A stretch of 64,000 bases of DNA from positions 40,076-104,075 of IMG/VR virus record IMGVR_UViG_3300014208_000030. The stretch is one strand, 5' to 3'. The position numbers and the translations under genes were made by a program. The DNA comes from a virus. Taxonomy: Duplodnaviria > Heunggongvirae > Uroviricota > Caudoviricetes. Shown here one piece after another: positions 26,549 through 36,371 of this stretch. Position 1 is the stretch's first letter, and every line of letters starts with the position of its first letter. Under the pieces are notes generated by a model. The model did not search any database, had not been told where the DNA came from, and saw only the letters and a program-made list of their open reading frames with translations.

Positions 26549-28891
26549 ATGAGTGGAGGTTCTTTCCAGCTTTCTCCAGGGATTCGGATAACCGAAAAAG
26601 ATTTAACAAACATTGTACCGGCAGTGGCAACAAGCCCTGCAGCAACTGCTGGTTATGCGGAATGGGGCCCGATGATGTACCCCTCTCAGTTTTCATCTGA
26701 GAATCAATTTGTTGCACAATTTGGCGAACCAAATGACAATACATTCACGCCATTCTTTACCGTGGCGAACTTTTTGTCGTATGCATCAAATATGTTGTTT
26801 ACTCGTGCAGACTCACGAGCAGCATTCAACGCATCTGCAAATGCTACGGCTGATGTTGCTGGCACCGGAACAATAACAACTGTTGCTGGCTCAAAGGCAG
26901 TTGTTGGTGTAACATCAAACTTTGGCACAAATGCTATCGTTGGCGATTGGATCATCAGTGCCACTGGCGCTATAATCGGTCAGATTGCGTCTATTGCTAG
27001 CACAACTGCTGCTACACTGGTTGATGTTGCTGCTGTTTCTGTAGCTGCCGCAACGTATACAGTCGGTAAGCGCTTTGTTGTAAAAAACCAAACAGAATAT
27101 GCGACAGGCAATATCAGCCTGACTGCTGCTGGTGAGTTTGTTGCAAAATACCCAGGTGCCAAGGGTAACAGCTTGGCTGTGTCTATGGCTGACTCAGCAA
27201 CATTCTCAAAAAGTGCAACCGGTACTATTGCGGCAACATTAGATGTTTGGGTTGTGTCGTTGACAAGATTGACCTCTCTCGGCACAGCCATAACTGCATC
27301 ACCTCACAATCTGATTGTTGGGCAGTCGTTCATTCTGAGTGGTGCTACCAATGGCTTTGCCGGTACATTTGTCGTTACTGCTGTTACTAACACAACAACA
27401 ATTACATTTGCTTCCGTCGGAGCAGACCAAACAATTACACCAGTAACTGGTGTTCGCATGAACTCTATGCAGCTGGGTGGTACAGGTACAGCATTTACAA
27501 CAGAGGCTCCAGTTGGATCATATGTTGTTAGTGGAAGCGGTATCGTCATTGGTCAAGTAGCATCAATAGAATCTGCAGTGCTATTGACACTAACAGGTCT
27601 GCCAGCAATTTCTCAGGCAGCATCGGCTGGTACTATTAGATGGAAATTTTACAAAGAATTCAACTCTGCTCCATCTACATCACCATTTGCGGCAAACGTT
27701 AGTGGCTCTAATGATGAGTTACATGTTGTCGTTTGGGACGAAGATGGTGGCTTCACTGGTGTTGCCGGAACTATTCTTGAAAAATATGCTTATCTGTCTA
27801 AAGCAGTAAATGCTTCTAAGCCAGATGGCGGTACAAACTACTATGCCAATGCCATCAACACCGCATCTAAGTATGTGTGGTTTGCTAATGCGCCAACTGG
27901 AATGTCAAATTGGGGTACTGCTGCAGCCGGTGTTACTTATACATCATTGACTGCTGCCATTAATGTCTCATTGGCAAATGGTACAAACGGCGACATCTCT
28001 ACTGAAGGCGATTTGATGTCTGCATTCATTTTGTATGCGAATACAGAATTGTATGACGTGTCTCTGATTGCTGTTGGTAAAGCAACATACACTCTGGCTA
28101 ACTATGTTATTCAGAACATTGCCGAAGTCAGAAAAGACTGCGTGGCGTTTATTTCACCACAGAACATCAATACCAATGCTTATATTGTTGGCGCTACATC
28201 ACAACAAACACTTGACTTGAAAGCATATGCCGATCTGATCACATCATCTTCATATGGCTTCATCGACAGTGGCGTTAAGTACCAGTATGACCGGTACAAC
28301 GATGTAAACAGATGGGTTCCGCTGAATGGCGATATGGCTGGCTTAACTGCTCGTACCGATTATACCAATGATCCTTGGTGGTCACCAGCTGGTTACAACC
28401 GCGGCCAGATCAAGAATGTTATTAAATTGGGCTTCAACCCATCAGACAGAACTGATCGTGACGTATTGTATCAGGCACGTATCAACCCAGTTGTTTCTGA
28501 ACGAGGACAAGGTGTGTTGTTGATGGGCGATAAGACTACATTGGCAAAACCATCTGCCTTTGACAGAATTAACGTTCGCCGTCTGTTCATCGTGTTAGAG
28601 AAAAGTATTGCGATTGCCGCCAAGTATTTGTTGTTTGAATTCAACGATCCAAATACACGCAACCTGTTCATTGGTATGGTCACGCCCTTTTTGCGCGACG
28701 TGCAGGGAAGACAAGGTATCCAAAGCTTTGCGGTAGTTTGCGATGAGAGTAACAACACAAATGAAGTTGTATCTAGCAATAATTTTGTTGGTGATATCTA
28801 TATCCAACCAAACTATTCAATCAATTTCATCACATTGAACTTTGTTGCGACTAGAACCGGTGCCGTTAACTTTAAAGAGAGCGGTATTTAA
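26549..28891 (+). CDS. 18: Contractile tail sheath gp18 with inserted domains
   Basis: SPGI...EKDLT, WGP, FLSY, R.DC.AFISP, PWWSPAG, FDRINVRRLF, SINFI.LNF. Confidence 0.96.
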   Translation: MSGGSFQLSPGIRITEKDLTNIVPAVATSPAATAGYAEWGPMMYPSQFSSENQFVAQFGEPNDNTFTPFFTVANFLSYASNMLFTRADSRAAFNASANATADVAGTGTITTVAGSKAVVGVTSNFGTNAIVGDWIISATGAIIGQIASIASTTAATLVDVAAVSVAAATYTVGKRFVVKNQTEYATGNISLTAAGEFVAKYPGAKGNSLAVSMADSATFSKSATGTIAATLDVWVVSLTRLTSLGTAITASPHNLIVGQSFILSGATNGFAGTFVVTAVTNTTTITFASVGADQTITPVTGVRMNSMQLGGTGTAFTTEAPVGSYVVSGSGIVIGQVASIESAVLLTLTGLPAISQAASAGTIRWKFYKEFNSAPSTSPFAANVSGSNDELHVVVWDEDGGFTGVAGTILEKYAYLSKAVNASKPDGGTNYYANAINTASKYVWFANAPTGMSNWGTAAAGVTYTSLTAAINVSLANGTNGDISTEGDLMSAFILYANTELYDVSLIAVGKATYTLANYVIQNIAEVRKDCVAFISPQNINTNAYIVGATSQQTLDLKAYADLITSSSYGFIDSGVKYQYDRYNDVNRWVPLNGDMAGLTARTDYTNDPWWSPAGYNRGQIKNVIKLGFNPSDRTDRDVLYQARINPVVSERGQGVLLMGDKTTLAKPSAFDRINVRRLFIVLEKSIAIAAKYLLFEFNDPNTRNLFIGMVTPFLRDVQGRQGIQSFAVVCDESNNTNEVVSSNNFVGDIYIQPNYSINFITLNFVATRTGAVNFKESGI

Positions 28892-28901
28892 TTAGATAGT
28901 A

Positions 28902-28928
28902 GGGTTGGGAGTTTGCCGCTCCCAACCC
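28902..28928 (+). other. GC-rich hairpin between 18 and 19
   Basis: GGGTTGGGAG / CTCCCAACCC 10-bp stem with no U tract. Confidence 0.55.
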
Positions 28929-28969
28929 AGATACTAAATAATCATATAACATATTAAAGGAAATATAAC

Positions 28970-29563
28970 ATGGCATCAGTCGCATCAATCAGTTCATTCA
29001 AATCAGTTTTACAGGGTGGCGCACGGCCAAATCAGTTCTCCCTGGAGGTGTCTTTCCCATCTGGAGTAGCTAACGCATGGACAGCAGTGGCACCTTTACA
29101 GGCATCGTTTCTATGCCACGCTGCTAGCATACCAGCATCCATCATTGCTCCAGCCAACGCACCCTATCGCGGTCGTGATGTGTATCTTGCTGGGGAGCGC
29201 ACATTCCCACCCTGGACAATCAGTTGCTACAACACAGAGTCATTTGCATTGAGAGATGCATTTGAATCGTGGATGGAGATGATGAACGCTAACTCCAGCA
29301 ATACCGGCCAAACATCACCATCTAAATATCAGGCCGACTTGGCTGTTATTCAATATGACCGCAATAACCAAGCCCTAAAGAGTTATAAGTTTGTTGATGC
29401 GTTCCCAATTGATATATCGCCTATTGAATTAGAGTATTCAAAGAATAACGTAATTGAGCAATTTTCGGTAACTTTCAGTTATCAGTTTTGGGTAGCTAAT
29501 ACTACTGGGTCATCTGGTCTAGGTATTGGATTAACTACCCCAATTGGCGTAGTAACCATATAA
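28970..29563 (+). CDS. 19: Tail tube gp19
   Basis: GGARPNQF...FLC.AASIPAS...GR.V..AGERTF.PWTI...AFP..I..IEL. Confidence 0.93.
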   Translation: MASVASISSFKSVLQGGARPNQFSLEVSFPSGVANAWTAVAPLQASFLCHAASIPASIIAPANAPYRGRDVYLAGERTFPPWTISCYNTESFALRDAFESWMEMMNANSSNTGQTSPSKYQADLAVIQYDRNNQALKSYKFVDAFPIDISPIELEYSKNNVIEQFSVTFSYQFWVANTTGSSGLGIGLTTPIGVVTI

Positions 29564-29583
29564 TATAATAGGGCTCTATAATA

Positions 29584-31314
29584 TTATAGAGCCCTATTCA
29601 TCACAAAAGCGGCCTGTCCGCAGTCATACAGCTTTCTATACCCATTATCAAACATATTCTGTGTAGACGATTTCGATTCATCGAAGTGCTTGATTTTATC
29701 CTGCAACTTATGGCGCTGAAATTGCATTCTATTATATTCAACGCCATTCTTAACCCAGCGGTATCCGATATCACTGTTGTGTGAAAATTCAAACCCAAGT
29801 ACCTCATATATTTTCCCTGTAGAATATCTTCGGTCGGCATAGGTAATTATCGATATTGGATTGTTATCTCTAATAAACTTAGAAAATAGTCTAGATGCAC
29901 CACCAACCACATTAGTATTCATTTTTGTGGCAATCCTAATAATTTCGTAACTGTATGCTTGATTATATCTGGGGCGACCAAAGCTAATCATACACACATA
30001 TTCACCGCCATATAATAGACCATAGCATATAGTACTGTTTGCATACCCTTGTATATGGTTGTCACCAAAAAATATTTTTTGTTCTTCTTTTGTGACCACA
30101 GCAATAGTGCATTTTCTAGCAAATATTTTTTCTGCTGTGATTCCGAGCTTGTTTAATATCATAGATTTCACTATAGGCTGCTTACTATTCCATTCTAGAC
30201 AGGTAAAATGTAATAGCGTAATATCGCGCTTTGCGCATTCTTCTGTTTTATATAGGTGCTTCTTCCTGTTTTCTACAGTATCCCTAGATTCCTCGACCGA
30301 ATGCCAATATACTCCATTCAACTCAATAGCAATTTTCTTATCCGGTATATATACATCTAGTTCCAATGGAGTAAGTATGCTCCTACATGAATTAATATAG
30401 GATATTCCTACCCCGCTAAGGAACTCCCCGATCTCATATTCTGGTGTAGACATTTTATAGTCATGAACTATTGGTATATTGTGATCATGCAAATACCGTA
30501 ATACGGTTTTGTGGGTACATAATAATTCATTAGCAATAGATGTACTCGATCTATTTTTATCACTGTACTGCTCACGCATCCATACGCCATCTTCCAGATA
30601 TTGTATGGCGTCTATATTATTAATCTGGGCTACTGCATTAGTTTTTAATTTAATGTTATTTTTGGTTAGCTCAGCTCTTACGGGTCCCCCATCGCAGAAT
30701 CCAAGTTCGTTTGCAATGGATATTGCCGATCTATTTTTTGTTACATATTGATCACTCAACCATGCTATATCATATAGCAAATCCCTATTAACATTTTGCG
30801 CCTTAGCTTCCGATGGGTTTCTTGCATCTATCTTGTGTGTGCGGAGCCAGTTAGATATAGTAACTGGCGTGCAGCCTATTTCCTTGCCTATGGTTGTGGT
30901 ACTTTTGCCTAGGGTGATATACTGCTCATATAGCCAATCTCGATCTTCCACATATGCTGCCCCAATATTATTGGCCTCGCTAAGTGATCTGATTTCAATC
31001 TCATGTTGCGTCAGATATGACGCAACCATAGTGGACGAGCAGTCTAATTCCTTGCCTATAGTCGGGGTACTTTTTCGTAGGGTAATATATTGCTCATGTA
31101 GCCACTCTTTGTTCTCCAGATACTCCAGAGCATTAGTGTGCATTGACTTAGCTTCCTTTGCACTGCGAACCGCTATCCCATATCTCTTTAGTACATTGCC
31201 AACATAGGAGTGACTGCATCCTACCTCTTTTGCTATGTCTGGTGTAGTTCTTTTGTTTGTAATGTACTGCTCTTCTAACCAATCTTTATCAATTGCTATT
31301 CCTACTCGTGCCAT
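29584..31314 (-). CDS. Hef-like homing endonuclease (HTH repeats + PD-(D/E)xK-like nuclease + GNAT-like domain)
   Basis: Five WLxEQY...IAxELGCS repeats; ELDVYIPDKKIAIELNGVYWH; IFARKC...NHIQG...VGGASRLF...YADRRYS.G. Confidence 0.75.
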   Translation of the reverse strand: MARVGIAIDKDWLEEQYITNKRTTPDIAKEVGCSHSYVGNVLKRYGIAVRSAKEAKSMHTNALEYLENKEWLHEQYITLRKSTPTIGKELDCSSTMVASYLTQHEIEIRSLSEANNIGAAYVEDRDWLYEQYITLGKSTTTIGKEIGCTPVTISNWLRTHKIDARNPSEAKAQNVNRDLLYDIAWLSDQYVTKNRSAISIANELGFCDGGPVRAELTKNNIKLKTNAVAQINNIDAIQYLEDGVWMREQYSDKNRSSTSIANELLCTHKTVLRYLHDHNIPIVHDYKMSTPEYEIGEFLSGVGISYINSCRSILTPLELDVYIPDKKIAIELNGVYWHSVEESRDTVENRKKHLYKTEECAKRDITLLHFTCLEWNSKQPIVKSMILNKLGITAEKIFARKCTIAVVTKEEQKIFFGDNHIQGYANSTICYGLLYGGEYVCMISFGRPRYNQAYSYEIIRIATKMNTNVVGGASRLFSKFIRDNNPISIITYADRRYSTGKIYEVLGFEFSHNSDIGYRWVKNGVEYNRMQFQRHKLQDKIKHFDESKSSTQNMFDNGYRKLYDCGQAAFVMNRAL

Positions 31315-31407
31315 TTATTTGCCCATATCCATCTGTTAATTATTATTGTTGCCATTATACCATATCCATAAGAAAACACAAGGATAAATACTCATATACT
31401 AACAAAG

Positions 31408-33309
31408 ATGCGAGTTTACTATCTAATGACACGAAAATCATCAAAACAGCGCAAAGGGAATTATGGCGTTGACATTGGTAGCAATATCAAGATCGAGGCT
31501 CCGTCTCCGGTCACCCCGATGTCAGACGATGGCGCTGCACACATAACTGGCGTCAACTCCTATTTTGGCTCAACCTACCTGAGCATGGATGGCTCAAGCA
31601 GCGGCGATCAAGAACTGATCAAGCGCTACCGAACATTATCCCAATATACTGAAGTCGATTTAGCCATCGATAACATCGTAAACGAATCTATTGTCTACGA
31701 TACCGGCACTTTTCCAGTCTCCTTAAATTTAGACAAACTCCCATTAGCAAAGGCAGTCAAGCTGGCAATCATGGATGAGTTTGCAGAAATTCTAAAACTG
31801 CTCAAATTTGACGAAAAATCATATGCTATCTTCAGACGCTGGTACGTTGATGGTCGTATATATTTCAATGCTATTGTCGATGAAAAGAACCCACAGTCTG
31901 GCATTCTTGAGCTACGCCCAGTCGATGCCCTGAAAATTAAGAAGGTCAAAGAATTTACCAAGGCAAAGGATGCTAATGGTATCGAATATGTGCAATCGGT
32001 ACAGGAATATTTTCTCTATTCCGAAAGTGCTTTCGTGGCATCGACTGCCCAGAGCAATAGTGCGACCAATAATACGGTAAATGGCATCAAGTTTAATGTC
32101 GACGCTATTATCGAAGCAAGTTCTGGCGTCATCGATGAGACAACAAAAAGTGTCCTATCCCACCTGCATAAAGCGATTCGCCCAGCAAACCAATTAAGGA
32201 TGCTGGAAGATGCTGTCGTCATCTATAAGATTGCACGGGCACCAGAGAGGCGCATATTCTATATCGATGTTGGGAACCTGCCAAAAATGAAGGCCGAGGA
32301 GCATCTCCGCGATGTAATGAACCGGTACCGGAACAAGATTGTCTATGATGGTGTCAATGGCGAAATCAAGGACGACAAAAAGTTCATGAGCATGCTAGAA
32401 GATTTCTGGATGCCAAGACGAGAAGGCGGCAAAGGTACTGAAATCACTACATTACCAGGTGCTAACCCATCATTCACCGACATGGTTGATGTTGACTACT
32501 TCAAAACCAAGCTCTACTACGCACTGAACGTCCCATTGTCTAGATTGATGTCTCAGTCTGGCTTTAACATGGGTAGAAGCAGCGAAATCACCCGAGATGA
32601 AGTGAACTTCATGAAGTTTGTGTTCAGGTTGCAGAAGCGATTCTCCTTCCTATTCCTAGATGCCCTGAAGCTGCAATTGACGCTGAAGGGCATCATCAAT
32701 GGTGATGAGTGGGAGTTCATCAAAGAGCGAATCGTCGTGCAATTTGAGAAGGATAACTACTTCGAAGAGTTGAAATACAACGAAATTCTCACGAACCGTA
32801 TTCAAACTGCCGAAGCACTTGAGCCTTATGTCGGCAAATACTTCTCGCATGATTTTGTTAGAAAACAAATATTCAAACAGACCGATGAAATAGTTGATGA
32901 GATGGATGCAACAATCATAGCCGAGTTCGATAACCCAATTTACTACCCACCAATGGCCGGTGCCGATGATATGCAAGATGGCGGTACTGATGCTGGCGAT
33001 GGCGAGGATACCGGTGGTGGCAGTGCATCACCAACCGGCGAAACCGGCAAAATGACTCTGGCCGATGTCGAGCACAAGATGTCAAAGGTCATGAACACAG
33101 TTATTGCCGGTAAGATTATCCAGATCACTAAGAAGGGTAAGGTCATTGCTAAGATCACCCCAGCCAATGAGAGCCTGAACGAATCTTATGATGAGGTCAG
33201 GATCAGCAGCATCGATGGGCTAGATAACTTGATTGAGTGCATGGCTGTCGGCGAAACGCTGACTTTGTCAGAAAACGGCAACACTTTCGTCAACATCCAG
33301 AAAGTCTAA
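31408..33309 (+). CDS. 20: Portal protein gp20 with C-terminal extension
   Basis: FRRWYVDGRIY, LHKAIRPANQLRMLEDAVVIY..ARAPERRIFYIDVGNLPK.KAE, EDFWMPRREGGKGTEITTLPG; GATAAATA upstream. Confidence 0.97.
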   Translation: MRVYYLMTRKSSKQRKGNYGVDIGSNIKIEAPSPVTPMSDDGAAHITGVNSYFGSTYLSMDGSSSGDQELIKRYRTLSQYTEVDLAIDNIVNESIVYDTGTFPVSLNLDKLPLAKAVKLAIMDEFAEILKLLKFDEKSYAIFRRWYVDGRIYFNAIVDEKNPQSGILELRPVDALKIKKVKEFTKAKDANGIEYVQSVQEYFLYSESAFVASTAQSNSATNNTVNGIKFNVDAIIEASSGVIDETTKSVLSHLHKAIRPANQLRMLEDAVVIYKIARAPERRIFYIDVGNLPKMKAEEHLRDVMNRYRNKIVYDGVNGEIKDDKKFMSMLEDFWMPRREGGKGTEITTLPGANPSFTDMVDVDYFKTKLYYALNVPLSRLMSQSGFNMGRSSEITRDEVNFMKFVFRLQKRFSFLFLDALKLQLTLKGIINGDEWEFIKERIVVQFEKDNYFEELKYNEILTNRIQTAEALEPYVGKYFSHDFVRKQIFKQTDEIVDEMDATIIAEFDNPIYYPPMAGADDMQDGGTDAGDGEDTGGGSASPTGETGKMTLADVEHKMSKVMNTVIAGKIIQITKKGKVIAKITPANESLNESYDEVRISSIDGLDNLIECMAVGETLTLSENGNTFVNIQKV

Positions 33310-33333
33310 CAACATAACATTTTAGGAAAACAC

Positions 33334-34203
33334 ATGGAAACAGAAATCATAGATGCGCCAGAACAGTTACTCGAATCACTGCGCTCACAGAAATCATATG
33401 CCCAGATGCAGGCGCATATCTCTACAGCACCGGATAATCATTTCGAGCACAATGCCAGATCAATTTTGAAGCATGGGCTGGGCAACGATGACCACGCACA
33501 GAATGATTATGCCAGACACGCGGTGCTGTTTGATCATCGACTCACCGACAAGCATCTTGACGACATTAGCCAACATGTTGCTTCCGCTGGGAAGACTACA
33601 AACACGGTGGATAAAAATTTCCACAAGAATGTTAATTCAGTTGGTGTGCTCCGCGCAGCACTGAAAAATGATTCACCTGACGTTATTGCCGATGCAAAGA
33701 AAAGCATCACGGCAGATCACAAGAATGCCATCTTTGCGCATGGGTCACACGAAGAGAAAGCATTCGTCATCCATCACGGAATGGCAAACAAAACACAGTT
33801 GAGAACAGCACTGACCAGCGGCAACGATGCATTGGCAGCGGTGGCTAAATCCCATCTCCAGTCGCTGAGAGATTCTGGTAGCACTAAACACGGCGACCTA
33901 CAAGATGAGCATTTACCAAAACTAAAGGCTGCATCTTCTACCGGTTCGTTTTTCTCTAGGCTTAAGGACAAGTTTAAAGAAAATCTCGGCAAGCGTATGG
34001 CAGCGGCTGCAGCTGCTCCGAAAGAACGCAAAGACCCAACTTTCGAAGAAGTTCTCGATGGTATTTTGGGTACCATTGCCACCAGAAATTTGCATGAAGC
34101 AACCCAACTGTTGCGCGTTGCCTTGTCGGAAAAAGCCGCAGAAAAGACTACATTGATGAAGCAAGAACTCATTGACGCTAAATATAACAACGTAAACAAA
34201 TAA
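33334..34203 (+). CDS. Prohead core/internal protein with C-terminal gp67-like helix
   Basis: Between 20 and 21; C-terminal ILGTIATRNLHEATQLLRVALSEKAAEK...KQEL; His-rich N-terminal domain. Confidence 0.55.
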   Translation: METEIIDAPEQLLESLRSQKSYAQMQAHISTAPDNHFEHNARSILKHGLGNDDHAQNDYARHAVLFDHRLTDKHLDDISQHVASAGKTTNTVDKNFHKNVNSVGVLRAALKNDSPDVIADAKKSITADHKNAIFAHGSHEEKAFVIHHGMANKTQLRTALTSGNDALAAVAKSHLQSLRDSGSTKHGDLQDEHLPKLKAASSTGSFFSRLKDKFKENLGKRMAAAAAAPKERKDPTFEEVLDGILGTIATRNLHEATQLLRVALSEKAAEKTTLMKQELIDAKYNNVNK

Positions 34204-34216
34204 CTGGGCTATTAAC

Positions 34217-34816
34217 ATGGAAAAAATATTTTTCGACATCGAGAGCGGCAACCTTGCGGATGCCAAAGAAGGTGTTGCTGCTGCCTTGGCAGAAAAGATC
34301 GCAGACAGGATGAAATCGATGAAGCAAGAGATTGCTGGCTCAATTTATAGAGAATCTGTTGATGAGCCCATTGCGGAGATAGGCACTACGTCTATTACCG
34401 AAGGTTGTATTCCGGAAGAAGACAAACTTAAAGCAGTACAGCGCAAAGCAAAATCCGTACCGGTAAAAGCACCACAACTCAAAGATGGTGACGATAAGCT
34501 CATTGATGCTGCAGTTGCGGCACCTAAAGTTAAAGAAGGTCTGGATGAAGCCGATGGCATCTACCACGAAACTTATCGCGGTGCCTTAGAGCATGCCTAT
34601 ACCCACGCCAAGAGCAGAGGTTACGACATCCATGACGAAGACCATCACAAAGATACTTCATTTGTCGATCCAAAGCCAGCGAATGGCAGCACAAAAAGAC
34701 TGAGCTTCCCATTATCGAAAGATGGGGTATTGCAGAAAAAACAGATGCATGTTCAGGTCTACAACCGCGGTGCCGATGTAAAAAATAGGTACGAAGTTAA
34801 TAAATACATTTCATAA
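34217..34816 (+). CDS. gp67-like prohead core protein with C-terminal extra domain
   Basis: IESGNLADAKE.VAAALAEKIADRM..MKQEIA resembles gp67; LxE sites precede the C-terminal domain. Confidence 0.6.
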   Translation: MEKIFFDIESGNLADAKEGVAAALAEKIADRMKSMKQEIAGSIYRESVDEPIAEIGTTSITEGCIPEEDKLKAVQRKAKSVPVKAPQLKDGDDKLIDAAVAAPKVKEGLDEADGIYHETYRGALEHAYTHAKSRGYDIHDEDHHKDTSFVDPKPANGSTKRLSFPLSKDGVLQKKQMHVQVYNRGADVKNRYEVNKYIS

Positions 34817-34831
34817 GCCGAGGAAAATCTA

Positions 34832-35488
34832 ATGGCAGTAATGTTAGCAGAAATAAACGAATCGGTAGAGACACTTACCGAAAAGATTGAAGGTGGTGCC
34901 AAGAAATATACTATTGCCGGTATTTTTATGCAATCCGAGGCTGTGAACCATAATGGCAGAATATACCCGAAGCATTTGATGGAGCGGGAAGTTGCGCTCT
35001 ACACTGCCGAAAAGGTACTCAAAAATCAAGCTCTCGGAGAATTAAACCACCCAGCCAATCGAGTAAGTGTCGACCCAAGAGAGGCATCTCACCTGATCAC
35101 GGAACTGAGTTGGGATGGGAATGATGTACGTGGTGTAGCCAAAATTCTGGATACCCCATGCGGCAAGATTGTTAAAGCCTTAATGGATGAACAAGTAAGT
35201 TTTGGTGTATCTAGCCGAGCACTAGGGAGCCTCAGAAAGAGACAAGATGGTATCAACGAAGTGCAGAATGATTTTTCTCTGAAGTGTGTTGACATCGTAT
35301 CATCGCCGAGCGCTCATGGTGCATGGATGCAATCTATCATGGAAGGTAAGGAGTGGACTTGCGTAGATGGTATCTGGTCGGAACAAAACATCGACGAAGC
35401 AAAGTCTGCCATTCGCAGAGCGCCTAAAGCCCAAATTGAAATCAGGCTAGAAGAAGAATTCACCAAGTTTATGAATTCGTTCAAATAA
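34832..35488 (+). CDS. 21: Prohead protease gp21
   Basis: GIFMQSE..N.NGRIYP, ALGELNHP, GVSSRALGSL, DIVSSPSA. Confidence 0.95.
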   Translation: MAVMLAEINESVETLTEKIEGGAKKYTIAGIFMQSEAVNHNGRIYPKHLMEREVALYTAEKVLKNQALGELNHPANRVSVDPREASHLITELSWDGNDVRGVAKILDTPCGKIVKALMDEQVSFGVSSRALGSLRKRQDGINEVQNDFSLKCVDIVSSPSAHGAWMQSIMEGKEWTCVDGIWSEQNIDEAKSAIRRAPKAQIEIRLEEEFTKFMNSFK

Positions 35489-35494
35489 CTTTTA

Positions 35495-35502
35495 TATAAA
35501 TA
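35495..35502 (+). promoter_or_regulatory. Late promoter for gene 22
   Basis: Exact TATAAATA. Confidence 0.75.
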
Positions 35503-35535
35503 CTAGTATTAACCGATTAGTCACATAAGGAACAC

Positions 35536-36279
35536 ATGATGGAAAACGAAGAAATTATCGCCGAAGCTACCAAGGTAGATTGGGGCACTCTATTCGAAGG
35601 TCAGGAATTATCCACCGACATTAAAGACAAAGTAACTTTGATCTTTGAATCTGCATTGGCTGCTAAATTAGCTGATGAAGTAACTCTTATTCAAGAAGAA
35701 TACGAAGCAAAGTTCGATGCTCAACTGGACGAAGTCAAGAAAGAATTAGTCGAACAAATCGACACATTCTTGAATTATGCGGCTGCTGAGTGGATTGCCG
35801 AAAACAAAGTTGCTATCGAATCCGGTCTTCGTACAGAAATCACTGAAGACTTCATCACAGGTTTAAAAGCCCTGTTTGTCGAAAGCTACATCGAAGTCCC
35901 AGAAGAAAAATTTGAATTGGTTTCTGAAATGGAAGCTGAAGTAGTTACTTTGAAAACTGGTCTCGATGAGCAGATTGCCAAGAACATCGCTCTGGCAGCT
36001 ACTGTCTCGACTCTGATCAAAGAATCTGTTGTTAGTGAAGTTAGCAAAGGTCTGACTGTAACTGATGTAGAAAAATTCAAAGGCTTGATTGAGGCAGTAG
36101 AGTTTGAATCCGAGCAGTCTTACAAAGAAAAGATTGTCACGATCAAAGAAAACTATTTCCCAAAGGCACAAGCACCAAAAGAACAAAGTTTAGATGAAGG
36201 TGTTATTGGTGATGCCAATACAGTTATCGTCGATGCTAATGTTGCGGCATATGCTGCGGCAATGTCGCGCCAGCGATAA
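35536..36279 (+). CDS. 22: Prohead scaffold gp22
   Basis: Acidic and helical; IFESAL, YAAAEW..ENKVAIE.G...E..E.F..GLK.LF.E.Y. Confidence 0.92.
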   Translation: MMENEEIIAEATKVDWGTLFEGQELSTDIKDKVTLIFESALAAKLADEVTLIQEEYEAKFDAQLDEVKKELVEQIDTFLNYAAAEWIAENKVAIESGLRTEITEDFITGLKALFVESYIEVPEEKFELVSEMEAEVVTLKTGLDEQIAKNIALAATVSTLIKESVVSEVSKGLTVTDVEKFKGLIEAVEFESEQSYKEKIVTIKENYFPKAQAPKEQSLDEGVIGDANTVIVDANVAAYAAAMSRQR

Positions 36280-36290
36280 CTCGTCTTTTA

Positions 36291-36326
36291 TATAAATAAC
36301 TAGATAAAAGTCATTTTATATAAATA
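36291..36326 (+). promoter_or_regulatory. Two tandem late promoters for gene 23
   Basis: TATAAATA at 36291-36298 and 36319-36326. Confidence 0.8.
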
Positions 36327-36371
36327 ACTGTAACAATTAAAAATTAATTAATTATTTAAAGGAAGAAAAGT

